From Maricaulis maris (GTDB lineage: Bacteria; Pseudomonadota; Alphaproteobacteria; Caulobacterales; Maricaulaceae), in assembly GCF_049116555.1 (NCBI RefSeq), contig NZ_JAGDYT010000001.1, forward strand, positions 862,793 through 926,792: DNA of 64,000 nt, read 5' to 3'. Below are positions 10,503 to 20,847 of the stretch, one piece after another. The position numbers were made by a program, and so were the translations under genes. Every line of letters starts with the position of its first letter. Within the stretch, counting starts at the first letter, position 1. A model generated the notes under the pieces. It saw only the letters and a list, made by a program, of their open reading frames with translations. It had not been told where the DNA came from and made no database searches.

Positions 10503-10721
10503 ATGAGTAATGATCTGTGCACGCCCGACGGTGCGCGTCGTCTCAAAGCGCGTATTGAAGCCTATTGGGCCGAGCGCGGCTATGATGTTTCCGTGGATCT
10601 CGTGGAAGCCGGCTTCATGCCCGCCATGCGCTCCGCCCGCACGGATGTGCGCTCCAACCTCGTCAACGGTATGCCGACCCGCGCTGCCAATGACGCCGGT
10701 CGCGAGCGCCGCACGGCCTGA
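10503..10721 (+). CDS. Small hypothetical protein (72 aa), convergent with gph
   Basis: Strong GGAGG RBS; MSNDLCTPDGARRLKARIEAYWAERGYDV...DVRSNLVNGMP with normal codon usage. Confidence 0.7.
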   Translation: MSNDLCTPDGARRLKARIEAYWAERGYDVSVDLVEAGFMPAMRSARTDVRSNLVNGMPTRAANDAGRERRTA

Positions 10722-10723
10722 TC

Positions 10724-11413
10724 TCAGGTCTTCGCTCGCCACAGCTCGGCGAGCGCCAGCGGTACATCGCTGAATGAATGAATGACCCGGTCGGCTCCCA
10801 AGGAGTCGGCCGGTCTTTCACTATAGCCATAACTCATCACAATACTGGGCAGGCCCGCCGCGGCTGCCGAGGCGACATCCGGTTCGCTGTCCCCGACCAG
10901 GGCGGCGCGCGCATAACCGCCGCCAAGTGATTCCAGCAAATGATCCGGCGCCGGCTTCTTGGCCGTTGTGCGATCCGGTCCGATGATCCGGTCGAAATAT
11001 CCCGCCAGACCCGTTTCAGCCATCAGGGCGTCCGACAGGACGGAGGGCTTGTTGGTGCAGACCGACAAGCGGCTGCCGCGCGTGCGCAGCCAATCCAGCG
11101 TCGCTTCCACGCCGTCGAAAACCTGACTGTGGGCGCAAATATCGGCGGCATAGATGTCGATGAATTCCGCGACCGCGGCATCGGCGCCTTCAAGCGTGCG
11201 GCCCTGGCTGTCATGGGCCCGTTCGAGCAGGGCGCGCGCCCCGCGCCCGACCATGGCGCGGACCGCGCTCAATTCCACCGCCACAAGACCACGCGGGATG
11301 ATGACCGCATTCAGGGCGCGCAGCAGGTCTGGTGCCGTGTCGACCAGCGTGCCGTCGAGGTCAAAGGCGATCGCGGCGCCGTCAAACAGGTCGGCATCTT
11401 CAAGGTCGGGCAT
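10724..11413 (-). CDS. gph: Phosphoglycolate phosphatase (HAD-IA)
   Basis: FDLDGTLVDT, VCTNKP, KKPAPD, LVGDSEPD HAD motifs. Confidence 0.85.
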   Translation of the reverse strand: MPDLEDADLFDGAAIAFDLDGTLVDTAPDLLRALNAVIIPRGLVAVELSAVRAMVGRGARALLERAHDSQGRTLEGADAAVAEFIDIYAADICAHSQVFDGVEATLDWLRTRGSRLSVCTNKPSVLSDALMAETGLAGYFDRIIGPDRTTAKKPAPDHLLESLGGGYARAALVGDSEPDVASAAAAGLPSIVMSYGYSERPADSLGADRVIHSFSDVPLALAELWRAKT

Positions 11414-11527
11414 GATTTCAGGCCTTTGAGCGTTGAAAGCAGGAGAAGCTAGGTTACGCACGCCGGAGCGATAGGCTATAGCGCCTGACAGGTCGAAACC
11501 GACGAATCCCGGAACAAGGAAGTCGCC

Positions 11528-12886
11528 ATGTCCCGAACCCGCGCCGCCATCATCCTCGCTGCCGGTCAAGGCAAACGGATGAAGTCCAAGACGGTGAAAG
11601 TGCTTCATCCGGTCGGGGGACGCCCCATGCTGGACTGGGCTGTGGCTCTGGCCGGCGATTGCGGCGCCGGTGATGTCGTCACCGTCTATGGCGCGCATTC
11701 ACCGGCGGTGAAGGATGCGGCTGAAGCTTTGGGGACACGAACGGCGTTGCAGGACCCGCCCAAGGGTACCGGCCACGCGGTGCAGGCCGCGCGCGAGGCG
11801 CTGGCCGATCTCGGCGGCGACGCCATTGTCCTTTATGCCGACACGCCCCTGATTACCGCGGCCACGGTGGGCCGTGTCTTCGAGGCGCTTGAAGCCGGCG
11901 CGTCGGTGGCGGTGCTCGGATTCGAGCCGGCGGACCCGGCAGCCTATGGGCGCCTGATCACGAATGAGGCCGGTGATCTGGACCGGATTGTCGAGTTCAA
12001 GGACGCCAATGAGACCGAGCGTGCCGTCGGCCTTGTCAATTCCGGCGTTTTGGCCGCGCCGGCCGAGCTACTCTTCGATCTGCTGGACGAGGTCACCAAT
12101 GACAACGCCAATGGCGAGTATTATCTGACCGATGTGGTCGGCCTGGCCCGTGATCGCGGTCTGAGAGCTGCCGTCGTCATCGCCGATGGTGATGAGGTGC
12201 TTGGGGTGAATTCACGCGCCGACCTTGCGGCCGCCGAGGCGGCCTTCCAGGCGTGCATGCGCACGCAGATGATGGCGGACGGGGTGACCCTTGTTGCGCC
12301 GGAGACGGTCTTCTTCGCACATGATACGCAGATCGCCCGCGATGTCGTCATCGAGCCCAATGTCGTCTTTGGCCCTGGTGTGGTGATCGAGGAGGATGCG
12401 GTCATTCACGCGCACTCCCATATAGAGGGAGCGCATGTGGGCCGCGGCGCCCATGCCGGACCTTTCGCCCGCCTGCGTCCCGGAGCCCAGCTGGGAGCGG
12501 GCTCCAGGGTCGGGAATTTCGTCGAGATCAAGAAATCGCAGCTCGCCGAGGGCGCAAAAGTCTCTCACCTTACCTATATCGGCGATGCGTCGGTTGGCGC
12601 GAACGCGAATATCGGGGCCGGGACCATTACCTGCAATTACGACGGATATGACAAACATCGCACCGTGATCGGCGCCAATGCCTTCATCGGGTCGAATACC
12701 TGTCTGGTCGCGCCCGTCAGCGTCGGTGAGGGCGCTTTCACGGCGACCGGAACCATTGTCACCAGTGACGTGCCCGCGGACGCGCTGTGCCTGGCGCGGA
12801 CCCCGCAATCCCACAAGTCCGGCTGGGCGGCGCGCTTCCACGCCGCCAAACAGGCCCGGAAATCCAGAAAGGACAGCCAGAAATGA
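11528..12886 (+). CDS. glmU: Bifunctional UDP-GlcNAc pyrophosphorylase/GlcN-1-P acetyltransferase
   Basis: ILAAGQGKRMKS, GTGHAV, GEYYLTD, GPFARLRP, GNFVEIK, TITCNYDG. Confidence 0.95.
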   Translation: MSRTRAAIILAAGQGKRMKSKTVKVLHPVGGRPMLDWAVALAGDCGAGDVVTVYGAHSPAVKDAAEALGTRTALQDPPKGTGHAVQAAREALADLGGDAIVLYADTPLITAATVGRVFEALEAGASVAVLGFEPADPAAYGRLITNEAGDLDRIVEFKDANETERAVGLVNSGVLAAPAELLFDLLDEVTNDNANGEYYLTDVVGLARDRGLRAAVVIADGDEVLGVNSRADLAAAEAAFQACMRTQMMADGVTLVAPETVFFAHDTQIARDVVIEPNVVFGPGVVIEEDAVIHAHSHIEGAHVGRGAHAGPFARLRPGAQLGAGSRVGNFVEIKKSQLAEGAKVSHLTYIGDASVGANANIGAGTITCNYDGYDKHRTVIGANAFIGSNTCLVAPVSVGEGAFTATGTIVTSDVPADALCLARTPQSHKSGWAARFHAAKQARKSRKDSQK

Positions 12887-14352
12887 GTGTGACGGACCGC
12901 CTGAGCGACAAAAGCCTGTTTCGCACCGAAAGCTTCATCGATGGCCAGTGGGTCAAGGGCGAGGGCGGAGATGATGTCCTCAACCCGGCCAATAACGACG
13001 TCATCGCGACGATCGGTGATGTCGGTGAAGCCGGAGCCCGCCAGGCCGTGGCCGCAGCGACCCGCGCCTTCGAGAGCTGGAAGAAACGCTCGGCCTTTGA
13101 ACGCGCCGCACTCCTGATGAAGTGGCACCAGCTGATCATGGAGAACGCTCAGGACCTGGCCGTTCTGATCACGCTGGAAATGGGCAAGGTCAACAAGGAA
13201 GCCCAGGGTGAAGTGGTTTATGGCGCCTCCTTCATCGAATGGTCGGCCGAGGAAGCCAAGCGCGTGCATGGCGAGACGCTGTCGACACCCTTCCCGGGGT
13301 CTCGCGGCTGGACCATCCGCCAGCCGATCGGTGTGGTCGGTTGCATCACGCCGTGGAATTTCCCGAATGCCATGATCACCCGAAAATGCGCCCCAGCCCT
13401 GGCCGCGGGCTGTACCATGGTGATCAAGCCGGCGCCGGAAACCCCGCTCTCCGCCCTGGCGCTCGCAGAGCTGGCCAAGCGGGCCGGCATTCCCGACGGC
13501 GTGTTCAATGTTGTCTGTGGTGACGCCCCGGCGATTGGCGGCGTGCTGACCAGTTCGGACGATGTCCGCATGATCGGCTTCACCGGTTCGACCGCTGTCG
13601 GCAAATTGCTGATGAAACAGGCCGCCTCGACCGTGAAGCGGGTCGCCCTCGAATTGGGCGGCAATGCGCCTTTCATCGTCATGGATGACGCTGATATCGA
13701 GACGGCTGCAGACGGCGTGATCGCCTCGAAATTCCGGGTTTCCGGTCAAACCTGCGTCTCGGCCAATCGCATCATTGCTCAGCCCGCCATCGCCGACAAA
13801 CTGGTCGCCGCGCTGGAAGCCCGCATTTCCAGGCTCAAGGCCGGTGACGGTTTCGCAGCGGGTACGGATGTCGGTCCGCTCATTCACATGGAAGCGGTGA
13901 GCCGTGTCGACAAGCTGGTGGTGCAGGCGCGCGAAGCCGGTGCCCGCATCGTAACTGGCGGCAAGCCTCTGACCGATGAACTCGGGGGCTCCTTCTACGC
14001 GCCGACCCTGATCGATGGCGGTGACCCGTCCATGGATGTGTCCTGTTCGGAGATATTCGGACCGGTCGCCTCGGTCTATCGGGCGGAGAGCGAAGCCGAC
14101 ATCATCAGGCTCGCCAATGACACGCCCTTTGGCCTGGCCGCCTATATCTACACAAACGACATCGGTCGCGTGCATCGCCTGACCGAAGGCATTGAGTACG
14201 GCATGATCGGCGTCAATGCGCCGATGGTCGGTGCCGCCTCGACGCCCTTCGGCGGAGTCAAGGAAAGCGGGATCGGACGCGAAGGCGGCAAATGGGGTGT
14301 CGAGGAGTTCACCGAACTCAAATACGTCCTCCTCGGCGGCGTTGACCAATGA
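12883..14352 (+). CDS. gabD: NAD(P)-dependent succinate-semialdehyde dehydrogenase
   Basis: ITPWNFP, FTGSTAVGK, LELGGNAP, GQTCV, EIFGPV; ATGA overlap with glmU. Confidence 0.85.
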   Translation: MSVTDRLSDKSLFRTESFIDGQWVKGEGGDDVLNPANNDVIATIGDVGEAGARQAVAAATRAFESWKKRSAFERAALLMKWHQLIMENAQDLAVLITLEMGKVNKEAQGEVVYGASFIEWSAEEAKRVHGETLSTPFPGSRGWTIRQPIGVVGCITPWNFPNAMITRKCAPALAAGCTMVIKPAPETPLSALALAELAKRAGIPDGVFNVVCGDAPAIGGVLTSSDDVRMIGFTGSTAVGKLLMKQAASTVKRVALELGGNAPFIVMDDADIETAADGVIASKFRVSGQTCVSANRIIAQPAIADKLVAALEARISRLKAGDGFAAGTDVGPLIHMEAVSRVDKLVVQAREAGARIVTGGKPLTDELGGSFYAPTLIDGGDPSMDVSCSEIFGPVASVYRAESEADIIRLANDTPFGLAAYIYTNDIGRVHRLTEGIEYGMIGVNAPMVGAASTPFGGVKESGIGREGGKWGVEEFTELKYVLLGGVDQ

Positions 14353-15050
14353 GTGCCGAACGCCAGAAGGCACGGGCCGCCGCCGCCGCGCTCGCCTATG
14401 TCGAGAACGGCATGACGCTGGGGCTCGGCTCGGGTTCGACCGCGGAGATTTTCCTGCGCCTGCTCGGCGAGAAGGTGAAGGATGGGCTCTCGGTGCGTGG
14501 TGTTCCGACCTCGCAGCGGACCGCTGAAGTCGCGACCGAAAACGGTGTTCCGCTGATTGATGTCGATCATGTCGATCACATCGCGATCACGATTGACGGT
14601 GCCGATGAAGTCGATGGCCGTTTCCAGCTGATCAAGGGCGGCGGGGCCTGCCTGTTGCGCGAGAAGATCATTGCCCATGCCTCCGACCTGATGATCGTCA
14701 TGGTCGACGAGACGAAGCTGGTCTCGACACTGGGCAAGTTCCCGTTGCCGATTGAGGTTGACCGCTTCGGCTTCTCGCTGACGGCGGGCCACGTCTACGA
14801 CGCCTTGCGCAAGGCCGGCGTTGCGGCGCCGGACGTCCAGTTGCGCCGCAAGGGCGACGGGCTGGAGCCGCTGGTCACCGATGGCGGTCATTACATTCTT
14901 GACGCGTCCTGCGAAGCGATCCCGGATGCCCGGCTCGTGGATCAGGCATTGAAAGCCATTCCGGGCATGGTCGAGCATGGCCTGTTCATTGATCTGGCCC
15001 GTGTGGTCATCGTCGGGGAGGACGGTGATGCGCGGGTGATGGAATTGTAG
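14349..15050 (+). CDS. rpiA: Ribose-5-phosphate isomerase A
   Basis: LGLGSGST, IDGADEVD, IKGGGACLLREKI, GMVEHGLF. Confidence 0.95.
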   Translation: MSAERQKARAAAAALAYVENGMTLGLGSGSTAEIFLRLLGEKVKDGLSVRGVPTSQRTAEVATENGVPLIDVDHVDHIAITIDGADEVDGRFQLIKGGGACLLREKIIAHASDLMIVMVDETKLVSTLGKFPLPIEVDRFGFSLTAGHVYDALRKAGVAAPDVQLRRKGDGLEPLVTDGGHYILDASCEAIPDARLVDQALKAIPGMVEHGLFIDLARVVIVGEDGDARVMEL

Positions 15051-15059
15051 GGGGATCCC

Positions 15060-15557
15060 ATGAAAATTTTGCAGACGACTATTCTCGCTGTGTCGATGTT
15101 CGCGCTGGCGAGTGGGGGCGGAGCGGCGCAGTCGCGGGGCGATGAGGTCGCCGTGGCAACTGAAGTGCTCGAGCTGACCGGCGAGGTTGACCTGGCGATG
15201 CTCGCCATCGCGGACATGATGCCGTTGATCGAGGGCAATATCCGCGCGGTCTATCCGTCTCTGAGCGCGCGTCAATACATACTTATTTCAGGGGTTTACG
15301 AGGAAGAATTCCGCAATGCCCGGGATGAGTTTGCGGCGGGCATGATCGATGCCTATGTCGAGAGCTTCTCTTACGAGGACCTTGTCGGGCTTCGGGATTT
15401 CTATCTGACCGATCTTGGGCAGCGCTATACCGAGGCGCTCCCGGGGCTTCAGGAAAGTGCCGCCGATGCCGGCGAACTGGTTGGTTTCCGTGTGGAACAA
15501 CGCGCCTCGCCGCGTGTCCGCGCGATCATCATTGGTGAGGAAAGCGAGGACAAATGA
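15060..15557 (+). CDS. DUF2059 family exported protein
   Basis: Signal peptide; Y...FSYEDL..L.DFY.TDLGQR pattern; usual position between rpiA and gor. Confidence 0.7.
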   Translation: MKILQTTILAVSMFALASGGGAAQSRGDEVAVATEVLELTGEVDLAMLAIADMMPLIEGNIRAVYPSLSARQYILISGVYEEEFRNARDEFAAGMIDAYVESFSYEDLVGLRDFYLTDLGQRYTEALPGLQESAADAGELVGFRVEQRASPRVRAIIIGEESEDK

Positions 15558-16942
15558 CCCAGTACGACTACGATCTCTTCGTCATAGGCGCCGGTTCCGG
15601 CGGCGTGCGTGCAGCGCGTATGGCCAAGCAGTACGGCGCTGCCCGTGTCGCGGTTGCCGAGGAGTATCGGGTCGGCGGGACCTGCGTGATCCGGGGCTGC
15701 GTGCCCAAGAAACTACTGGTCTATGCCAGCGAGTTCGCCAAGACCTTCAAACTGGCCGAGAGCTATGGCTGGTCGGTCGGCGAGACGTCGTTCAGCTGGG
15801 AAAAACTGATCAATGCCAAGGATGCCGAGATTGATCGGCTATCCGGTATCTACATGCGCAATCTCAACAATTCCGGCGTCGAAATCATCGAGGACCGGGC
15901 CGTGTTCGAGGATGCGCACACGATCCGGCTGGTGAAGTCGGGCCGGACGGTCACCGCTGACAAGATCCTGATCGCGGTTGGCGGCACCCCCTATGTGCCG
16001 GAGATCGACGGCGCCGAGCTGGGCATATCCTCGAATGAGGCCTTCCATCTGGAAGACTTGCCCAAGCAGGTCGTCATCGCTGGCGGTGGCTATATCGCCT
16101 GTGAGTTCGCGCAGATCTTTGCCGGCATGGGGGCAGATGTCTGTCAGGTCTATCGCGGTGATACCGTTCTGCGCGGCTTTGATGATGATGTACGCAGTCA
16201 TGTTCATGAAGAGCTTGTGCGCTCGGGCGTGCGTGTGGTCACGCATTCCGTGTTCGAGCGTATCGAAGCGCTCGACGATGGCCGCAAGCGTGTCCATCTC
16301 GATACCGGCCATCATATCGATACCGATGTCGTCATGTATGCCATCGGCCGAAATCCGCATGTCGACGGGCTTGGTCTCGACAAGGCCGGCGTGGCGCTCG
16401 ACCCCAGGGGAGCGGTCAAGGTCGACGCCTTCTCGAAGACCACGGCGGACAATGTCTATGCCGTGGGCGATGTCACCAACCGGGTCAATCTGACCCCGGT
16501 CGCCATCCGTGAGGGGGCGGCCTTTGCAGCGACGGTGTTCGACGGCAAGCCGACCGCCTATGATCACGAAGACATTGCGTCAGCTGTGTTTACACAGCCG
16601 CCTGTTGGTTCTGTCGGTCTCTCGGAGGCTGATGCGCGCAAAAAATTTGCACAGGTTGATATTTACAAGACGTCGTTCCGACCTATGAAATTGTCGCTGA
16701 CGTCCGAAGCCTCGCGGATGTTGATGAAACTCGTCGTCGACGGGGAGACAGAGCGAGTGCTGGGTGTGCATATTGTCGGGCCGGATGCGCCTGAAATGAT
16801 CCAGCTGGCCGGGATCGCCGTGAAGGCGGGCCTGACCAAGGATCAGTATGATGCGGCGTGTGCCGTGCATCCGACCAGTGCGGAAGAGTTGGTGACCATG
16901 AAAGAAAAGTGGACACCACCGGAGTTGAAAGCAGCAGAGTAA
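15554..16942 (+). CDS. gor: Glutathione-disulfide reductase
   Basis: [19 protein letters not shown] redox disulfide, [15 protein letters not shown]. Confidence 0.95.
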   Translation: MTQYDYDLFVIGAGSGGVRAARMAKQYGAARVAVAEEYRVGGTCVIRGCVPKKLLVYASEFAKTFKLAESYGWSVGETSFSWEKLINAKDAEIDRLSGIYMRNLNNSGVEIIEDRAVFEDAHTIRLVKSGRTVTADKILIAVGGTPYVPEIDGAELGISSNEAFHLEDLPKQVVIAGGGYIACEFAQIFAGMGADVCQVYRGDTVLRGFDDDVRSHVHEELVRSGVRVVTHSVFERIEALDDGRKRVHLDTGHHIDTDVVMYAIGRNPHVDGLGLDKAGVALDPRGAVKVDAFSKTTADNVYAVGDVTNRVNLTPVAIREGAAFAATVFDGKPTAYDHEDIASAVFTQPPVGSVGLSEADARKKFAQVDIYKTSFRPMKLSLTSEASRMLMKLVVDGETERVLGVHIVGPDAPEMIQLAGIAVKAGLTKDQYDAACAVHPTSAEELVTMKEKWTPPELKAAE

Positions 16943-16943
16943 A

Positions 16944-18314
16944 ATGACCTGGTCTCCCCAATCCTGGCGCGCCAAGCCCGTCAGCCAGATGCCGAACTAC
17001 AAGGACACGGCCAAGCTGGAGGCCGTCATCGACGAGCTTTCCGCTCGTCCCGCACTCGTCTTTGCCGGTGAAGCGCGGCGCCTGCGCCGGCAATTGGCGG
17101 ATGTGAGTTCCGGCAATGCCTTCCTCCTGCAGGGCGGTGACTGCGCGGAGAGCTTCAAGGAGTTCTCCACTGAGGGCGTGCGCGACACATTTCGCGTGCT
17201 GCTGCAAATGGCTGTGGTGATGACCTTTGCCGCGTCCAAGCCGATCGTGAAGGTCGGCCGGATCGCGGGTCAATTTGCCAAGCCGCGCTCCTCGGACACC
17301 GAGACCATCGATGGCGTGACCCTGCCGAGCTATCGCGGTGACAGCGTCAATGGTTCAGAGTTCACGCTCGAGGCGCGCGAGCCGGACCCGCAGCGCCTGA
17401 TCCGCTCCTATGATCAGTCGGCGTCAACGCTGAACCTGCTGCGGGCCTTCGCCTCCGGCGGTTATGCGGATCTGCACAATGTTCACCAATGGACACAGGA
17501 CTTCGTGAGCGGCAGTCCGGCGGCCGAGCGTTATGCCGAGACAGCGACCCGCATCTCCGAAGCCCTGGCCTTCATGAAGGCCTGCGGCATTGGTCGGGAC
17601 AGTGCGCCGTCCCTCGAGGCAGTCGACTTCTTTACCAGCCATGAGGCCTTGCACCTGCCCTTCGAGGAGGCGCTGACGCGCCGCGATCCGAATACCGGGC
17701 AATGGTACGCCACCTCGGCACACATGATCTGGACCGGGGAACGGACCCGCCAGCTCGACGGCGCGCATGTGGAATATGCCCGCGGCATCTCCAATCCGGT
17801 CGGTGTGAAATGCGGACCGACCATGCAGCCGGACGACCTCCTGCCGCTGATCGACGCGCTCAATCCGGACAATGAGGCCGGGCGTCTGGTGCTGATCGTG
17901 CGCATGGGCGCGGACAATGTCCGCAAGAACCTCCCGGCGCTGGCCGCTGCGGTTACCAAGGCCGGTCGCAAGGTGGTCTGGTCGTCTGACCCGATGCACG
18001 GCAATACGCACAAGACCGGCAATGGCTACAAGACCCGCGACTTCGATCGCATCCTGCTCGAGCTCGAAGGCTTCATGGATGTGCTCTATGCCGAGGGGGC
18101 CTATCCGGGTGGCGTGCATTTCGAGATGACAGGCCGCGATGTCACCGAATGTGTCGGCGGCGCCAAGACCGTCACCGAGGCCGATCTGGCGGCGCGCTAT
18201 CACACCCATTGCGATCCGCGTCTCAATGCCGACCAGGCGCTCGACATGGCTTTCCGTATCGCCGAGAGCCTCAAGCGTGTGCGGAATAATAACTCGGCCG
18301 TCGACGCGGCCTGA
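16944..18314 (+). CDS. Class II DAHP synthase (3-deoxy-7-phosphoheptulonate synthase)
   Basis: [39 protein letters not shown]. Confidence 0.95.
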   Translation: MTWSPQSWRAKPVSQMPNYKDTAKLEAVIDELSARPALVFAGEARRLRRQLADVSSGNAFLLQGGDCAESFKEFSTEGVRDTFRVLLQMAVVMTFAASKPIVKVGRIAGQFAKPRSSDTETIDGVTLPSYRGDSVNGSEFTLEAREPDPQRLIRSYDQSASTLNLLRAFASGGYADLHNVHQWTQDFVSGSPAAERYAETATRISEALAFMKACGIGRDSAPSLEAVDFFTSHEALHLPFEEALTRRDPNTGQWYATSAHMIWTGERTRQLDGAHVEYARGISNPVGVKCGPTMQPDDLLPLIDALNPDNEAGRLVLIVRMGADNVRKNLPALAAAVTKAGRKVVWSSDPMHGNTHKTGNGYKTRDFDRILLELEGFMDVLYAEGAYPGGVHFEMTGRDVTECVGGAKTVTEADLAARYHTHCDPRLNADQALDMAFRIAESLKRVRNNNSAVDAA

Positions 18315-18351
18315 GCCGGGCCGCCCACTCAAGTCCCGCCATCAGGCAAAG

Positions 18352-18385
18352 AAAAACGCCGTCCGGAGTAATCCGGACGGCGTTT
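18352..18385. terminator. Bidirectional terminator between DAHP synthase and HU gene
   Basis: aaacgccgtccgga-gtaa-tccggacggcgttt. Confidence 0.8.
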
Positions 18386-18411
18386 GACGTAATCAGAACC
18401 CGTTGGACTGA

Positions 18412-18678
18412 TTAGATGTCCTTGAGGGCAGCCGCCGGACGGAAAGCCGCCGCGGTGCGCGCCTTGGACATCATCGTTTCGCCGGTGCGCGGGTTGCGCA
18501 CTTCACGCGCTTCACGGTGCTTGGCGTAGAAGGTGCCAAAGCCAGCGATCTGGACACTGTCATTGCCTTTCACCGAGCCGACGATGGCTTCGATGGCGGC
18601 ATCAACAGCTTCGCCCGCTTGTGCGCGGGACAGGCCGGTCTTTTCAGAGACAGACTTGGCGAGATCAGACTTGTTCAT
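18412..18678 (-). CDS. HU family DNA-binding protein (88 aa)
   Basis: MNKSDL..., GFGTF and RNPRTGE signatures; GGGGAA RBS. Confidence 0.9.
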   Translation of the reverse strand: MNKSDLAKSVSEKTGLSRAQAGEAVDAAIEAIVGSVKGNDSVQIAGFGTFYAKHREAREVRNPRTGETMMSKARTAAAFRPAAALKDI

Positions 18679-18936
18679 AGGGTTCCCCCCAGTTGTTCGC
18701 GGTCCGGCAAGTACGGTCATCGTATCCGTCCGGCTATCGCGTGTTCGTTGACGGTCCATCAAGGCCAAGAACCGCTCGAGATTGCAAGGCGCAACAGGCG
18801 AATCCGAGCCAAATCGCTGTATTTTCCCCGTCAAAACACGGTTTTTCGCAGTTCGGCCCCCGAATTGCGTACCATACGCAGCATGTATCACGGTGAACCG
18901 ACTCGAAACGCACACGACACGAATCGCCCGATTCGC

Positions 18937-19071
18937 ATGCTCCCGTTCGCACTTGCAGCAGGTTTGGGCGTTTTTCTGCTCGCCCATCTCGCAGGTGCGG
19001 AAGGTTCGTTGGCCGCTGTCTTGGCCGCGATTGCCGCGGGCTGGACTTTGGGGCGCCTGACCCGGCGCTGA
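18937..19071 (+). CDS. Putative 44-aa two-helix membrane microprotein
   Basis: MLPFALAAGLGVFLLAHLAGAEGSLAAVLAAIAAGWTLGRLTRR: two hydrophobic stretches and a basic C-terminus; no clear RBS; alternative start 18883. Confidence 0.4.
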   Translation: MLPFALAAGLGVFLLAHLAGAEGSLAAVLAAIAAGWTLGRLTRR

Positions 19072-19132
19072 CGGCTGGCTGGTTGTGTTTTGCCCCAAGA
19101 TGGGGAAGGCTGCTCACGGTCTAAACGGAGCA

Positions 19133-19510
19133 GTGATCGGCGTGGGCTACCGAATCCTCATTGTCGATGACGATGCCGTCAATCGGGAGATTTTTCGCTG
19201 GTCGCTTGAGGGCCTTTGCGAGATCGACGAGTTGACCAGTGGCGTCGGCGCGGCAGCGCGGATTGCGGAGGTCGACTATGATCTGGTTTTACTGGACGTC
19301 ATGATGCCGATCGTCGGCGGGGTCGAGGTCGTGGAAGACGTCAGTCGTTTGCGGGCCGATCTCCTGCCACGTATTCTGGTGGTTACGGCCGCCATGAACC
19401 AACGGCTGGTGGAACAGCTATCCGTTTTCCCGCTGGCCGGTGTGATTGAGCGTCCGTATGATCCGGAGCAAATCAGCGAAATTTGCGCACCCTTTTTCAA
19501 CAAGCAGTAG
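19133..19510 (+). CDS. Single-domain response regulator
   Basis: RILIVDDD..., DLVLLDVMMP phosphoacceptor, VVTA; GGAG before GTG start. Confidence 0.85.
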   Translation: MIGVGYRILIVDDDAVNREIFRWSLEGLCEIDELTSGVGAAARIAEVDYDLVLLDVMMPIVGGVEVVEDVSRLRADLLPRILVVTAAMNQRLVEQLSVFPLAGVIERPYDPEQISEICAPFFNKQ

Positions 19511-19524
19511 GGCGGCTGCCTTCC

Positions 19525-20847
19525 ATGCGCCAGACCGAAACCACCGAGCAGCGCCTCCGGCGATATAATGCGGAACTGGACCGGCTGATGCAGGTTGGCC
19601 GTCAGACCGGTGATGATCTGGCGACCTTCATGGAGGTGGCTGTTCAGTCCCTGACCAGCATGCTTCAGGTCGAGCGGGCGAGCATATGGCTGTTGCGGGA
19701 CGATGGGTCGGCCTTGAACTGCGCGTGCCTGCATGAAGCACCCGAAGACAGGCTGTCTGGCGAGGGGGCGCTTAACGCGCTTGATTTTCCGTCCTATTTT
19801 GACGCCTTCAAGACGGCGCGGGTGATCGCCGCGGATGAGGCGCGCACGGACCCGAGGACCTGCGAGTTCGCGGTCGGGTATCTCGATGTGCTGGACATCC
19901 ATTCGATGCTGGACGCGCAAATCCGGGACCTGAGTGGCCTGCGCGGAGTGGTCTGTTGTGAGAAGACAGGCGGGCAACGACACTGGCACGAGGAGGACGT
20001 CGCATTCGCCGGCGCCGTGGCCGAGTATATCGGCCTGGCAATGGAGCTGTCCGAGCGGCAGCGCAATGCTGACCGCTTGCGCGAGTCGAATGAGAAGCTG
20101 CGCGAAGCGGTCTTGCAGGCGGAGCAGGCGCGGGCGACTGCCGAAACCGCCAATCGTTCAAAGACCGAGTTTCTCGCCAATACATCCCATGAATTGAGAA
20201 CGCCGTTGAACGGCATTCTGGGTGGCGTGACGATCCTGCGCCTTGGTGTGGGGCCGAAGGAGACCGAGGAGTGGCTGGATACGATTGATCGATCCGGCCG
20301 GTCCCTGCTGCACACCGTGAACGCAATTCTCGACGCCGCCGCCCTGCAGGACGGGACCTTGTCGGTTGAGGTGAGCCGGTTCGACATCGCGCGGGCCGCT
20401 GCAGAGGCCATCAATGTGGGCGGTCCGGCGAATTTTCGCGATGGAATTTCCGTGGACGTCAACGGCGATGGCGCGGTGAATGTGGTCGCCGATTACTCCA
20501 AGACCGTGCAGGTATTGGCCAGCCTCGTCGAGAATGCCTTCAAGTTCGCCGGCCAGGCGCCGAGGGTCAGCGTCAGTTCGGACTCGGACGGGCAGGTCAC
20601 GGTCTGTGTCGAGGACGACGGACCCGGTCTGCCACCCGGCAGTGAAGCCACGGTATTCGAGCGGTTCAGTCAGGCCGATGGCAGCACGACCCGGACCCAT
20701 GGTGGCACCGGCCTCGGATTGGCGGTTGCGCGGGAATTGACCGAGTTGATGGGCGGGGTGCTGGGATACCGCCAGGCCGATGGCGGCGGGGCGTGTTTCT
20801 GGCTCCAATTGCCGGGCGGAGCGGACGACGGCATTTCGGTCAACTGA
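19525..20847 (+). CDS. GAF-domain sensor histidine kinase
   Basis: GAF (RASIWLL..DPRT..SMLDA..GVVCCE), H-box FLANTSHELRTPLNGI, NAFKF, DDGPGL, GGTGLGLA. Confidence 0.9.
   Translation: MRQTETTEQRLRRYNAELDRLMQVGRQTGDDLATFMEVAVQSLTSMLQVERASIWLLRDDGSALNCACLHEAPEDRLSGEGALNALDFPSYFDAFKTARVIAADEARTDPRTCEFAVGYLDVLDIHSMLDAQIRDLSGLRGVVCCEKTGGQRHWHEEDVAFAGAVAEYIGLAMELSERQRNADRLRESNEKLREAVLQAEQARATAETANRSKTEFLANTSHELRTPLNGILGGVTILRLGVGPKETEEWLDTIDRSGRSLLHTVNAILDAAALQDGTLSVEVSRFDIARAAAEAINVGGPANFRDGISVDVNGDGAVNVVADYSKTVQVLASLVENAFKFAGQAPRVSVSSDSDGQVTVCVEDDGPGLPPGSEATVFERFSQADGSTTRTHGGTGLGLAVARELTELMGGVLGYRQADGGGACFWLQLPGGADDGISVN

Noticed and set aside
18412-19098. 228-aa N-terminally extended HU from the ORF track
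   Set aside because: The extension is low-complexity and a good RBS precedes MNKSDL; an open frame of this length is expected by chance at high GC
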